A stretch of DNA of 56,902 nt, from assembly GCA_001661245.1 (NCBI GenBank), contig KV454011.1:2223271-2280172 (forward strand), given 5' to 3'. The position numbers and the translations under genes are program-made. Each line of letters opens with the position of its first letter. The stretch's first letter is position 1. Below are positions 1-11,689 of this stretch, piece after piece. Below the pieces are notes generated by a model. It was given only the letters and a program-made list of their open reading frames with translations, was not told the origin of the DNA and searched no databases. This DNA comes from Pachysolen tannophilus NRRL Y-2460 (Eukaryota).

Positions 1-719
1 ATTGCTGGTAATGAAAAGAGCCAAAATAGAAAAAAACCTAAAAATTGAAACGTAGTTGCGTTTGGACTTGCAATACCATCAGGAATCCTTGTATTCAAAT
101 CATTACCAAAAATTGCTTCAAGCATAATTTGTACACATTGGCCACCAATCCAAGATTGAACACCATACCAAACAATGGCCATGACAACACGATTTATAAT
201 AGGCCATATTGAACCAAATACACCAAAGGATGCTCTACAAGAAACTGGAAAACTTACATGATAATAAGATCCAACTTTCGACGAAACAACAATAAATACA
301 CCCACAATTCCATAACCAAGCCAAACTGTTATCCACACTGCCCACCAAGGTAAACCTGCTTCTACACCAGTGGCTGCAATTTGCCAAGTATTAATATTAA
401 AAGAATCTGCAACCCAAAAGAATACAAAGTTATACCATTTCCAAGTCCTTCTTTCACTTTCCACTGGTTTTAAATCCGCATTATATAAAAATAATTCTTT
501 TACTGAAAGATCACCTTTTTTCTCAAGTTCAATCTTACCTATTACACTCTTTATTGCAGTACTGAATTTCCCACGTCTTTTAATATTTGTAGAATTACCT
601 GAATAAGAACCTAACGAGTTTTCATAATCTTCAATATCGCCATTTTTCAGTTCTTCAAGTACATTAACTTCAAAAGTTGCTTTATTTTTCTGTTCAGTAG
701 TTATAATATCCAGGTCCAT
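1..719 (-). CDS. NCS1-family (Fur4/Dal4/Fui1-type) uracil/allantoin permease, 5' part, truncated by the window edge
   Basis: Manual translation from ATG at 719 gives ...LYNADLKPVESERRTWKWYNFVFFWVADSFNINTWQIAATG...; frame open to the window edge. Absent from the ORF track because the stop is outside the window. Confidence 0.9.
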   Translation of the reverse strand, partial: MDLDIITTEQKNKATFEVNVLEELKNGDIEDYENSLGSYSGNSTNIKRRGKFSTAIKSVIGKIELEKKGDLSVKELFLYNADLKPVESERRTWKWYNFVFFWVADSFNINTWQIAATGVEAGLPWWAVWITVWLGYGIVGVFIVVSSKVGSYYHVSFPVSCRASFGVFGSIWPIINRVVMAIVWYGVQSWIGGQCVQIMLEAIFGNDLNTRIPDGIASPNATTFQFLGFFLFWLFSLPA

Positions 720-926
720 TTTCTCAAATTCTAACTAACCAAAAAAACCACTTTATCGTTCTCCAATACTTCTCAGATACTATCTATCTATTCAAACTCA
801 AGTTCCCACCAGACACATATATGTCTTGAATACTATCTTCAGTGATGGTGTATTTGTTCATTATATATGTAAGTATATACAATATGCACAACAGTTATTC
901 AAAATTATGCATATCGTTTATTATAA

Positions 927-1272
927 CTTATCTGTTACTAGATAAGCTTTATGATAAACTTTTCAACTGCACTGGACAAAAAGGCAGTCAATAGGGCCTT
1001 ATTAGGGGCATCAAGAAGGGCCTCAATAGGGCTTCTCCGTAATTGGAAAATCTTTAAAAGGGAAACTTGATGCTTTTAGTGGACCGTAAAGACGGCGATG
1101 TAAGGTACGATAAACTATTATGATAAGAGACAAGAGAAAAAGACATAAAAAAGCTTAAAAAAACCATCAAAAGGAATAGTACCCGTAACGCAGGTTTATG
1201 ACCTTTTTGTCCATAAAGTTTGCAGATAAGATAGCAACAAAAGCAAGGCTAAGTGAACTTTAATATAGATAA
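927..1272. promoter_or_regulatory. Cluster of GATAA(G) elements upstream of the NCS1 permease (nitrogen catabolite repression-type UAS)
   Basis: CTTATC 927, GATAAG 941, GATAA 953, GATAA 1109, GATAAG 1122, GATAAG 1225, GATAA 1268: seven sites in about 350 bp. Confidence 0.6.
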
Positions 1273-1992
1273 AAGCAAGCTCACTGAAAAGCCTGTTGAA
1301 ACACTATGTTAGAATCTAGTGTAACTTAACTGATGATGATGATGATATTTTTTTTTTTTTGTTTCACTTGCAAAAGTTGGGGAAATAGGCAAAATCTTAT
1401 TATGAGGCTAAATGAAGATGATTTTTGAAAGTTTTCACTGAGTTGATTACTTGATGAGAAGAAAAGAACTCCGTATGACGCTTAACTAACTTTGATTTTT
1501 TTCTTCGGGGTTGTCCATAACTCGTTATTGTGGTTTGGGCCGTAATTGGAAACCCGGATGCAGTGATTCGTACAAGGTAGAGAATAGCGCTAAATACAGT
1601 TGAAAGATAGAAAAAGTTCTTTTTGCTTTTTTCTGTTTTTAATTGGCGACTGTTTCATACGGAGAAAGGCTGTTTCTTATCGGGGAAACCAGTGATTGTA
1701 GATCAAAAAAACACTAGCGGCTGATGTTATCGGAGAATTTTTAGGAAAATGATCATCCTACGTACTTAAAAATATTGACAAATTTAATCTAGTCAATAAT
1801 GGGGAATGTTATTGGATATTTTTGATATTTTTGATATCTTCGATAAAAAGGCTAAAACTAGACAATACATATATTTAATAACTTAAAACCCAAGAGGTAG
1901 AAAAAAAAAATTTTTTTTAAAATAAAAAATAACAAATTAACAATGTCATTTTCCAATTATATTTCTTGGGTTGATGGTTCTTTGATATCATC

Positions 1993-4839
1993 CTATTTTT
2001 GAGGCCTATCTTCATTATTATCACTATTTGCAACGGCAGTTCCAATTTTTTTCACTTCGTCGATTTGAGCTTTACGCAAATGACTTGGGGTGTCACCAGA
2101 AGTGATTATTATCCAAACATCTCTTATTATGGTCAATATAAATAAATAAATCAATTTGGTATAACCTACTTCGTTTTTGGAATTATCTTCTTTTTTGTCA
2201 TTTGAGTTATCAGAGGATTCTTTATTGTCCAATGAAGATTTTAATTTTTCTAAATTTTCGTCATCTTCAAGTCGTATTAAACCTGAATTTACACTCTCAG
2301 TTTTCATCAACATATCTCTTAAACTATTATAAGAATGTAGCTCTAAATTTAATTTTAATGTTTTATTTTCATATGCATTTAAATTTTCAATCAAATTTTT
2401 CAACCTGAAATCTTGTAATTGTTTTAAATTATCTTTTAAATCTTTGATCTTACCATTTAACAATCTGATCTCGTAAACCAATCTTGAATTTAACAAATCA
2501 ACATCTTTTAATTTCAAATTTAAAACATCTTCTTTCGATTTCAACTTAGTATAGAGTTCATCAATTTTTTTAGCACTCAAATTTTTATAAAGTTTGTAAT
2601 TTTTATTATTAAATGGTCCATTTTTCACCGTATGACTATCTGTATTATACATTGAATTCAAATTATTCAAAATTTTTTCAAACAGTGCATTACCTGTTTT
2701 TAAATTGAACAAATACTGCAACTTTATTGATAAAAAATCCGATGATAACTTATCTATGGAAGGTGAAAAATTATAATCCCAGGTTAATAAAGAATCTTCA
2801 AGTACCGAAAAACTCTTTGATCTTTTCAAAACCAAAGAATGATTTAAATTTTTTAACTCAAAATTGGTTTTCTTTTTATTTAATTTCGCAGATAATTCTA
2901 CTATATTCCCACTATTCTTTAAATGCTCCAATAATTGTAAATTAACTTCTTTAAGAATGTAAGGAAATGAAGATCTTCTATTCAACTTCCTTTTAAAATT
3001 TTTATCATTGTCCAACAAATACTCATATGACAATTCTTCTTTAGCTGCAAATTCCGATCTGCTTCCAAAACTTTGATCAGTATTACCGTTAGGCATACCA
3101 AGTCTATCAAATTCAGGCAGAACAATTTTTCCACTTTTCAGATCAGAATTACTATCAGAATTTTCAGTACTGCTGCTTATATAATTTTCAGAATACTTGT
3201 TACCAATGCTCAGATCAGATTTTCCAAAACTTAATTTATCATTACTTGAAGTCTGACTTAAATTATTTGTCCTGTTAGAGTGTGATGGATGTGGAATAGA
3301 CAAGTGATCAGTATTATGTATGTGTGATGATTGTTGATGGCGAGTATCATAATGTCTTGACATTTCATTAAATATTACTGTTGATAAAGCAACTTGATGT
3401 AAATTTACAGGCTCACCTTTCCCTTTAAATAAATAATTTAATCTTTTGCCTTGAATATATAAAATCATTTTGTCTATGTCTAAAGTTTTGAGCTCACCAA
3501 GGGCATTAATATCACTTAAATGGTTACTATTACTATTATTATCATTTAAATGAATTCCTGCTGAAGAAGATAAATTTAAATAAGTTCTACCAGAACTTAT
3601 ATCACTCACTGTATTTTTCAATAATTTTTTAACTTTATGAAAATCATTCTTAAAGGCTTGATTATTGAGCTTATTATTTGTTATCGCCACTAAACTATCA
3701 ATTGTAATTGAATCCAAGAAATATGTTACATTATCACCTGAATGATTATTATTATTATTATTATTACTGTTGTTGTTATTGTTGTTGTTGCTGCTGCTAT
3801 TATTGAAAGGAGAAGAATCAAATTGCGTTGAAGAAGTGACACTTGTACTGTTTCCTGAAACTTTCATATTATATTTTTGAAATTGACCAATGGCAATTCT
3901 AAAACGTTCTACATCTAAAGGATCTTTGGGCACATCAATACTACCACTTACCAAACTTAACCTTAACCTAACAGCTAAAGTGAAACTAAAAATTGCACTT
4001 ATTGTCATTGGAGAAAATAAATCAGCAGTTTTTGGTTTTACGGCATAATATTTTGTTCCAATTAGTTCCCACCATTTCGAAATTGCTTCTTCAGTTTTGT
4101 TGCAAAATAAACCATCACAAAAATTTGCTGCAAGTAAATTGAAATAATATAAGAAAACTTGTAGTATTAAGATTAATTCTCTAGAAGAATAACAAAGATC
4201 AATATTTGGATTAATTTTAAAAGTTTGATTAAATTTATCTTCAATAGATTTTGTTGGTTTTGTTAACATCAATACTGATCTACCACCACAATTCAATTTT
4301 TTCAAATTTAGATTAACAGTGAAAATATCCCATACATCTCTAATATCACCTTTTTCAACTTCAATCAAATTTAAAAAACTTGGGAATTGCGACAAGTTGG
4401 TAACATATAAGATTCCATAAGGTGTATCTTTTGGCTTACAATGCTGAAGTCCAATTAATTCATTCAAAAATGCTTTTAAATGCTCGGGCCATTTTGTTTC
4501 ATTCTTAGTAAACAACGTTAATTGTAACGCCGTTATCTCATCTTCATTACTACCTGTATACGTAGTGATAACATTACTTAATTTCCTTTCACTTACCCAC
4601 TGTTCAACCAAATAAAGTTCAAACCCTTTTAATTTAACTTCCTCGGTAGATATTAAATCATATGGAAATTCATACCTTATACTCTCGATTGATTTAAAAT
4701 CGGGAAATACAAATGTTATAAAATCATTACCATCTGTTATCGATGGATTTTGTGAATATGAACTATTGCTCGATTGTTTTCTAGAATGAACAGCGCTAGA
4801 CTTGGGTGTAACCATATAACCAGAATAGATATTATTCAT
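1993..4839 (-). CDS. Stb6/Stb2-like Sin3-binding protein
   Basis: N-terminal GFELYLVEQWVSERKLSNVITTYTG and FCDGLFCNKTEEAI motifs resemble the STB6 family; C-terminal coiled coil; internal poly-Asn. First ATG at 4839 (the ORF track starts at a TTG). Confidence 0.8.
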   Translation of the reverse strand: MNNIYSGYMVTPKSSAVHSRKQSSNSSYSQNPSITDGNDFITFVFPDFKSIESIRYEFPYDLISTEEVKLKGFELYLVEQWVSERKLSNVITTYTGSNEDEITALQLTLFTKNETKWPEHLKAFLNELIGLQHCKPKDTPYGILYVTNLSQFPSFLNLIEVEKGDIRDVWDIFTVNLNLKKLNCGGRSVLMLTKPTKSIEDKFNQTFKINPNIDLCYSSRELILILQVFLYYFNLLAANFCDGLFCNKTEEAISKWWELIGTKYYAVKPKTADLFSPMTISAIFSFTLAVRLRLSLVSGSIDVPKDPLDVERFRIAIGQFQKYNMKVSGNSTSVTSSTQFDSSPFNNSSSNNNNNNNSNNNNNNNHSGDNVTYFLDSITIDSLVAITNNKLNNQAFKNDFHKVKKLLKNTVSDISSGRTYLNLSSSAGIHLNDNNSNSNHLSDINALGELKTLDIDKMILYIQGKRLNYLFKGKGEPVNLHQVALSTVIFNEMSRHYDTRHQQSSHIHNTDHLSIPHPSHSNRTNNLSQTSSNDKLSFGKSDLSIGNKYSENYISSSTENSDSNSDLKSGKIVLPEFDRLGMPNGNTDQSFGSRSEFAAKEELSYEYLLDNDKNFKRKLNRRSSFPYILKEVNLQLLEHLKNSGNIVELSAKLNKKKTNFELKNLNHSLVLKRSKSFSVLEDSLLTWDYNFSPSIDKLSSDFLSIKLQYLFNLKTGNALFEKILNNLNSMYNTDSHTVKNGPFNNKNYKLYKNLSAKKIDELYTKLKSKEDVLNLKLKDVDLLNSRLVYEIRLLNGKIKDLKDNLKQLQDFRLKNLIENLNAYENKTLKLNLELHSYNSLRDMLMKTESVNSGLIRLEDDENLEKLKSSLDNKESSDNSNDKKEDNSKNEVGYTKLIYLFILTIIRDVWIIITSGDTPSHLRKAQIDEVKKIGTAVANSDNNEDRPQK

Positions 4840-5031
4840 TATAAACCTCCTCCATGCAAGCAACTATCTATTAACTAAATCATTCATCATATAATGGATA
4901 AATAAATTAATAAATGAATTGATATTTTCAATGTATTATCTGAAAATGGGCCATTTCTTTTAAAGGCCTCTCCTGCCCACAGCCACCAACAAATCAAAGG
5001 GGAAGAAAAAAAAAAATAGGCGGCACTTTGG

Positions 5032-5093
5032 CGGGTCAGCATCAACGGGTCAGCCAACTGGTCAGCAAATCGGGCAGCCAACCGGTCAGCCAG
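5032..5093. repeat. Degenerate ~12-bp tandem repeat (core GGTCAGC) in the STB6-like/VPH1 divergent intergenic region
   Basis: Units: cgggtcagcatcaa, cgggtcagccaa, ctggtcagcaaa, tcgggcagccaa, ccggtcagccag. Confidence 0.75.
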
Positions 5094-5537
5094 AAAGCAG
5101 ACGGTAGGACAGCAAGCTGCCTGGAACTAGGTTTTATAGGCGGACAAGTGCAAATTTTAGGCGGCCGGTAAAAAGTGGAATTTCAAAATTACAATCTACA
5201 AGACCAAACTAACTATAGTAAAAGATTATCATAAAGTAAAATGGGTAAGATACACCCTGAAAAAAAGCAATGGACTCAACTTATGGAAATAACTCTCATT
5301 TGTTACAGTCTCTAGTCTCTTCATATGTAATTAATTTTATATATATAAGTGACAGCTAGCATTATTAGTGAGATTTCAAGCACAAAAAACAAAAAAAAAA
5401 AAAAAAATAACAAAATTCAAAAATTCAAAACTCGTCAAATAATCTTACTCTCGGCCAAAATACAACAAAAAGCCTAATTATACAATAATTGTTCATCAAT
5501 TGAGTAATAGACTGTTCATTCAGTTAATTTATTGACA

Positions 5538-8351
5538 ATGGCGGATTCTCGTGAAGCTATATTTCGTAAGTGATGATTTTATATTTTTGAAAAGATTGAT
5601 ATTTTAGATGTATTTTAAAAATTAATAATTTAAAAATATGTGTGGTTGGTTATGATTTTGTTTTAACTTTGAGAATATAGTTAATACTAATAAAATGAGT
5701 TTATAGGTTCTGCTGAAATGTCATTAGTGCAGCTTTATGTTGCCAGTGAAATTTCAAGGGATGTTGTTTTCTTGCTCGGTGAATTGGGTACAATTCAATT
5801 TAGAGATTTAAATAAGGATATAAATATTTTCCAAAGATCTTTTGTTAAAGAAATTAGAAAATTGGATAACCTTGATAGACAATTAAGATATTTACAACGT
5901 ACTATTGAAAGACATCATTCGGTGGAATTGGTAGAAACACCAAGAGGTTTATATAGATCTCCGATTAACCATCCAACTTCATCAGATATTGAGGCATTAG
6001 TTGCAGAAGTTGAATTAGGTGAACAAAGAATTCAAGGTTTAGATACAAATTTTGAAAAATTTAAATTAAAACTTTCAAATTTGATGGAAAATAGAGACGT
6101 TTTAAGAAGTTGTATGGATTTTTTCGAAAATACAAATGTTTATGATATTGAAAGAAATAACGATGTGCCTAATGGTTCATTAAATGATTTAAATACTTCT
6201 CTTGATGAAAATGAAGGCTTATTGGTTTTACAAGAAAGTATAGAAGAAGGATTGGGCCCAATAGCTTTGAATGGAGATGATGATGATGATCCTGATCATC
6301 TTGGACATCATGGTCATGGGTTATCAAATGGACATGCAAATGGCGTTGGTGGTGCCAGTGGCACCGGTAATGCCGGGTTGGGTATGCTTTCTTCGATGAA
6401 TCTTATTGCTGGATCAATAAATCGCGATAAATATATTTTACTTGAACAAATCTTATGGAGAACTTTAAGAGGTAACTTATTCATCACTCATATGCCTTTA
6501 GAAAATCCATATATAAATGTCAAGACAAAAGAAGAAGAATTTAAAGATACTTTTATAATTTTTACTCATGGTGAAAATTTGATAAGAAAATGTAAAAGAA
6601 TTATTGAGTCACTTGATGGTTCTACGTTTAATGTTGAAAGTAATCAACAAATTTTTAATGAAGAATTAAATTCTTTAAAAATTAGAATTGACGATATTCA
6701 AGAAGTTATTAGAAATACAGAAAATGCTTTAAATGTTGAGCTTTCAGCAATTGCATCAAAATTGGAAGATTGGAAAATAACTACAACAAAGGAAAAAGCC
6801 ATTTATGCAACTTTAAACAAGTTTAATTATGATCAAACTCGAAGATGTCTTATAGCAGAAGGTTGGGTTCCAAAAGTAGATTTACCAATTGTTAAAAATG
6901 CATTAAGAGATGTTACCGAGAGATCAGGTACAAGTGTTTCTTCAGTTATTAACGAGTTACAAACAAATAGAACTCTGCCAACCTTCCATAGAACAAATAA
7001 ATTTACTGCAGCATTTCAAGCAATTGTTGATGCATATGGTGTGGCAACTTATCAAGAAGTTAACCCTGGTTTAGCAACAGTTATTACTTTTCCATTTATG
7101 TTTGCAATCATGTTTGGTGATATAGGTCATGGTTTAATTGTTACCTTGGCAGCAAGTTCATTAATTATTTTTGAAAATAAAATTGCATTAATGAAAAGAG
7201 ATGAGATTTTTGATATGGCTTACAGTGGTAGATATATTATATTATTAATGGGTTTATTTTCAATGTACACTGGATTTTTGTACAATGATATATTTTCAAG
7301 AACTATGACTTTATTTAAATCGGGTTGGGAATGGCCAAAATCATTTTCACTGGGAGAAACTGTGGAGGCAACTCAAGTGGGAGTTTATCCTTTTGGTTTA
7401 GATTATAACTGGCATGGAACGGAAAATAACTTATTATTTTCTAATTCATATAAGATGAAATTATCAATTTTGATGGGATTTTCTCATATGACTTATTCTT
7501 TAATGTTTTCATTGGTTAATTACAGATTTTTTAAATCAAGAATTGATATTATTGGTAATTTTATTCCTGGTGTATTATTTATGCAAAGTATATTTGGTTA
7601 TTTGTCATTAACTATTGTGTACAAATGGTGTGTCAATTGGATCAGTATTGGTAAGCAACCTCCAGGATTACTTAATATGTTGATCAATATGTTTTTATCT
7701 CCAGGAACTATTGATGTACCATTATATCCTGGTCAAAAGGGAATTCAAGTCTTATTAGTATTAATCGCCTTAGTTTGTGTTCCATGGTTATTGTTATATA
7801 AACCATTAATGCTACGTTATCAAAACAACAAATCTGTGGCATTGGGATATCAAGATCTTTCACATGAAAGATCTGAACAAAGATTATCAAATGTCAATGA
7901 AGAAAATTTGGATGATGAATTTTTCGTCATTCAAGATTTTGCTGAAGATGAAGCAGCAGAACCATTTAATTTTGGTGATGTGATGATTCATCAAGTCATT
8001 CATACCATTGAATTTTGCCTTAACTGTGTTTCCCATACAGCCTCATATTTAAGATTATGGGCTTTGTCATTAGCTCATAATCAATTATCATCAGTCTTAT
8101 GGAGTATGACCATCGCAAATTCTTTTGGAATGACAGGAAACTTTGGAGTTTTTATGACTGTTGTACTATTCGGTATGTGGTTCGTGTTGACAGTTTGTAT
8201 ATTAGTTATAATGGAAGGAACTTCGGCGATGTTACATTCATTGAGGTTGCATTGGGTCGAAGCCATGTCTAAATTCTTTGAAGGTGAAGGTTATCCTTAT
8301 GAGCCTTTTTCTTTTAAAAACATTTTAGAAAATGAAGTTATGGAATTGTGA
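5538..8351 (+). CDS. VPH1: V-ATPase V0 subunit a, vacuolar isoform; exons 5538-5565 and 5707-8351
   Basis: Spliced N-terminus [20 protein letters not shown]; motifs [57 protein letters not shown]. Confidence 0.95.
5566..5706 (+). other. Spliceosomal intron of VPH1
   Basis: GTAAGT donor, TACTAAT branch at 5685, TAG acceptor; removal restores the conserved IFRSAEM. Confidence 0.92.
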
Positions 8352-9019
8352 AATAGTTCCATTTTCAAGAAGAATTAAATAAGAAAAAAAAAAATATAAT
8401 ATCATATTGGTGTACCTATTATTATTAAGTTTCCTTTTTTTTTTAATGAAAACAAAACTGTTATTTAGAACTTATTTGTCTGTTTGTTAAAAAAAAAAAT
8501 TCATTCCCACTCATATCTTTTAATTTCTTTTCCAATTTCTATTCTTTTGCTTTCAAGTAACTGCGTTTCTTTAGAGTGTTCATATCATAAAATTTCGTTC
8601 CAAAATAGGTGAGTTTTTTTAAATAAAAAAGTGAATTTATATACTTTTTTAAGTATTCTTTTCACTGTAACCTAAGTACATGCATTCAAAGACCTTTTTT
8701 TTTTTCTCAACTCTCTAGACATTCTCCAATATTTCTTCAACATTACCAGGCTTATCTACTAAGAATAAGAGCAATGGTTGTAATTAAAACCTGTTTATTT
8801 CCAATTTCCAATGGTAAAATTATTAAAAATATAATGGAAAAGAAGTATGTCGTGCCAATTCATCCAAAATGCTTAATCGGGAAAATTGTAAACAGTAAAC
8901 AGTTTTTAAAAAAGAAAGGTATAAATCTGGGTCAGTTTATATAGTAAAAGAATATATATATATATATAAAATATTAATTCGAATGGTTATCTAGAGAATA
9001 GGTGGATTAAGGAGGAAAT

Positions 9020-10075
9020 ATGGAGAGGCCGCTTCAGCTGAGAAAGGTTGTTCATAGGACATCTACTATTTCTGGGATATCTTCAAATAATAGTAAAAAA
9101 GGACGTAAAAAGGATTCTATTGAGCAATTCATAACTAGTAATCAAATATTGATTAAATCTAGTCTTTCACAATTACGTTATATGATATTAGTGGATGATT
9201 TGAGTCCCACACCCACTGCTTTGGAGTCATCGGATGAAGTTCCATCTACTCATTCGTACAGAATTTATGTTTGGTCTATTCTCTTGCGAGTTCCACCTTT
9301 AAATACAGATATTTATTTAAAACTTATTTCAAAGGGGAGACCAAGTTGTTATGATAAAATTATAAATGATACTTTTAGAACTTTAACCAGTGATTTGAAT
9401 TTCCATAAGAAAATTAGTGAAAATTCTTTGATAAGAGTATTATCCAGTTATGCATGGTCTCAAGAATTAAATAATAATAATGATATAACTAATTCAAATC
9501 AATTATCACCATATGTCCAAGGAATGAATGTACTTCTAGCTCCTGTTTTGTTTAGTTCCAAGAGTGAACCTCAAGCATTTGCAATTTTCCATCAACTATT
9601 AACTAAAAATATCCCAACGTATGTAACACCAATGTTGAATGGAGTTCATACTGGATTACTGTTATTAGAATTATGTTTAGAAATTATAGATCCTAAATTA
9701 TTTCAATTTTTAGAAACAAAATATTTAAAAGCTGAAATTTATGGATTTGCATCAACTTTAACATTATGTTCATGTACACCACCATTAACTGAAGTTTTAA
9801 AATTATGGGATTTTTTATTTGCATATGGTTGTCATATGAATATCTTATTTATTATTGCTCAATTAATACTATTAAGATCCAAATTAATGGTTTCCAAAAG
9901 TCCAATGACACTTTTAAGAAATTTTCCTCCTTTAAATTCAAAAGAAATTATTAAATTAAGTGTTAGCTTTGTTACAAAATTACCAGATGAATTATATGAT
10001 TTATTATGTAGACACACTTATGATGAAAAAGTGGATCAACTCGTTAAAGACTATACTCTTAAAAGAAATAGTTAA
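9020..10075 (+). CDS. BUB2: Mitotic exit network GAP, TBC domain
   Basis: SSLSQLRY, KIINDTFRT, YVQGMNVLLAP, LCSCTPPLTEVLKLWDFLFAYGCHMNIL are typical of Bub2/Cdc16. Confidence 0.92.
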   Translation: MERPLQLRKVVHRTSTISGISSNNSKKGRKKDSIEQFITSNQILIKSSLSQLRYMILVDDLSPTPTALESSDEVPSTHSYRIYVWSILLRVPPLNTDIYLKLISKGRPSCYDKIINDTFRTLTSDLNFHKKISENSLIRVLSSYAWSQELNNNNDITNSNQLSPYVQGMNVLLAPVLFSSKSEPQAFAIFHQLLTKNIPTYVTPMLNGVHTGLLLLELCLEIIDPKLFQFLETKYLKAEIYGFASTLTLCSCTPPLTEVLKLWDFLFAYGCHMNILFIIAQLILLRSKLMVSKSPMTLLRNFPPLNSKEIIKLSVSFVTKLPDELYDLLCRHTYDEKVDQLVKDYTLKRNS

Positions 10076-10329
10076 CTAAATATAGACAACATACACAATA
10101 AGCATTTTGAATCATTAGAAGAATATAGATTATTTTTGTACGAGTAAGATTATAAAGACCTTATCTTTTTAAATAATAATGATAATAAAATTGTACCTTA
10201 TCTTTTTTTTTTTTTTTTTTCACTCTCTCTTTCATTTATCTATAAGAAAAAAAAAAGAAAAAGAAAACAAACACTTGGAGTTATCTATAGTTTGATAACT
10301 TTTAATACCGTTAAACCTAAGATACAAGA

Positions 10330-11350
10330 ATGAGTTCCACTACAACACAAGTTTATTACGATTTATTGGATAGTGCTAAGGATGCAGTTAGGGATAGATT
10401 ACCTGAATCGTTGTTGAAGCCTAAAGTATTGATTATTTGTGGTTCAGGGTTAGGTGGTATATCAAACACTTTAGAAGGCGAATTATTAGAGATACCATAT
10501 GAACAAATTCCAGGTTTTAAAAAATCTACAGTTTCAGGACATTCAGGCAAGTTAGTCTTTGGTGTTATTGGCCATAATAAAGTTCCTGTAATGTGCATGG
10601 TTGGAAGATTACAGTAAGTTAATGACAATTTTTCTTTACAAAGATGAATTAAATTATGATATACTAATTAATTTTTTAAATTTTTTTTAAAAAAATAAAA
10701 ATATATATATATATAGTTTTTACGAAGGTTATGAGTTTTCAGATACAGTTTTCCCAATTAGATTAGCTTCTCTTCTTGGTGTATCTGTTGTTATTGTAAC
10801 TAATGCTGCTGGTGGAACTAATATAAATTTCAAAGCCGGTGATTTGATGATCATCAATGATCATATAAACATGCCAGGTTTATCTGGGTTTCATCCATTA
10901 AGAGGACCAAATTTGGATAAATTTGGTCCTAGATTTCAACCATTATCTGATGCTTATGATTTTGAATTAAGAAAATTATTCTTTAATAGTGCTAAAGATT
11001 TAAAAATAAATAGGAAAATTCATGAAGGTGTTTATTTTTTCGCAAGTGGACCAACTTACGAAACAAGAGCAGAAGTCAGAGCTATAAGAACACTAGGAGG
11101 AGACGCAGTCGGTATGTCCACTGTACCAGAAGTCATTGTAGCAAGACACTGTGGAATGAAAGTATTGGCCCTTAGTTTAATTACAAACGTTGGTGTTAGT
11201 GATCCTCCACTGAGTGCTTTGGACCATGCACCTTTAAACCAAAAACCCTTGGACGCAGGAATTGCAAGCCACGCAGAAGTCTTGCAATACGCAAACATGG
11301 CCGCGTTAGATGTCCAAAAAATCGTCGCTGCCACTGTCAACCTCTTATAA
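10330..11350 (+). CDS. PNP1: Purine nucleoside phosphorylase; exons 10330-10613 and 10717-11350
   Basis: IICGSGLGG, spliced GRLHFYEGY, TNAAGG, GPTYETRAE, GGDAVGMSTVPEVIVARH. Confidence 0.95.
10614..10716 (+). other. Spliceosomal intron of PNP1
   Basis: GTAAGT donor, TACTAAT at 10662, TAG acceptor; joins CA+T to give the His of GRLHFYEG. Confidence 0.92.
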
Positions 11351-11689
11351 GCTCTCTTTCCAACTCAACTCAACTCATTATATAGAGTCCCTTCATCAAT
11401 CTATAGTACAATATAATATAGTAGTGCGTATATAAACCAAATTCCCAAATAGGAAATAGATAATTTTTTTTGAAATCACAAAAAAGGTCGTGCGAAGAAA
11501 ACTCAACGATGTTTTTTTTGTTTTTTTTTTTTTTGTTTTCTTTAAAAAAAACAAAAAAAACTTTGTAAAATGTATGGCGTAGTAGATTCATCTTTAAACC
11601 TAATTATATTTGATTAATATTAATTAATTATTTAAAAGTTATTGTTAGGATCATTTGAATTGTTGATATAATAATATAGTCAATTGAGA

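Noticed and set aside
370..606. 78-aa plus-strand ORF
   Set aside because: Antisense shadow of the NCS1 permease; non-ATG start.
4887..5081. 64-aa ORF over the GGTCAGC repeats
   Set aside because: Non-ATG start; stop-free only because of the GC-rich repeat; no recognisable protein features.
8834..8945. Short ATG ORF with GTATGT upstream of BUB2 as a possible extra exon
   Set aside because: No convincing branch point found, and BUB2 already has an in-frame ATG ahead of its conserved region.
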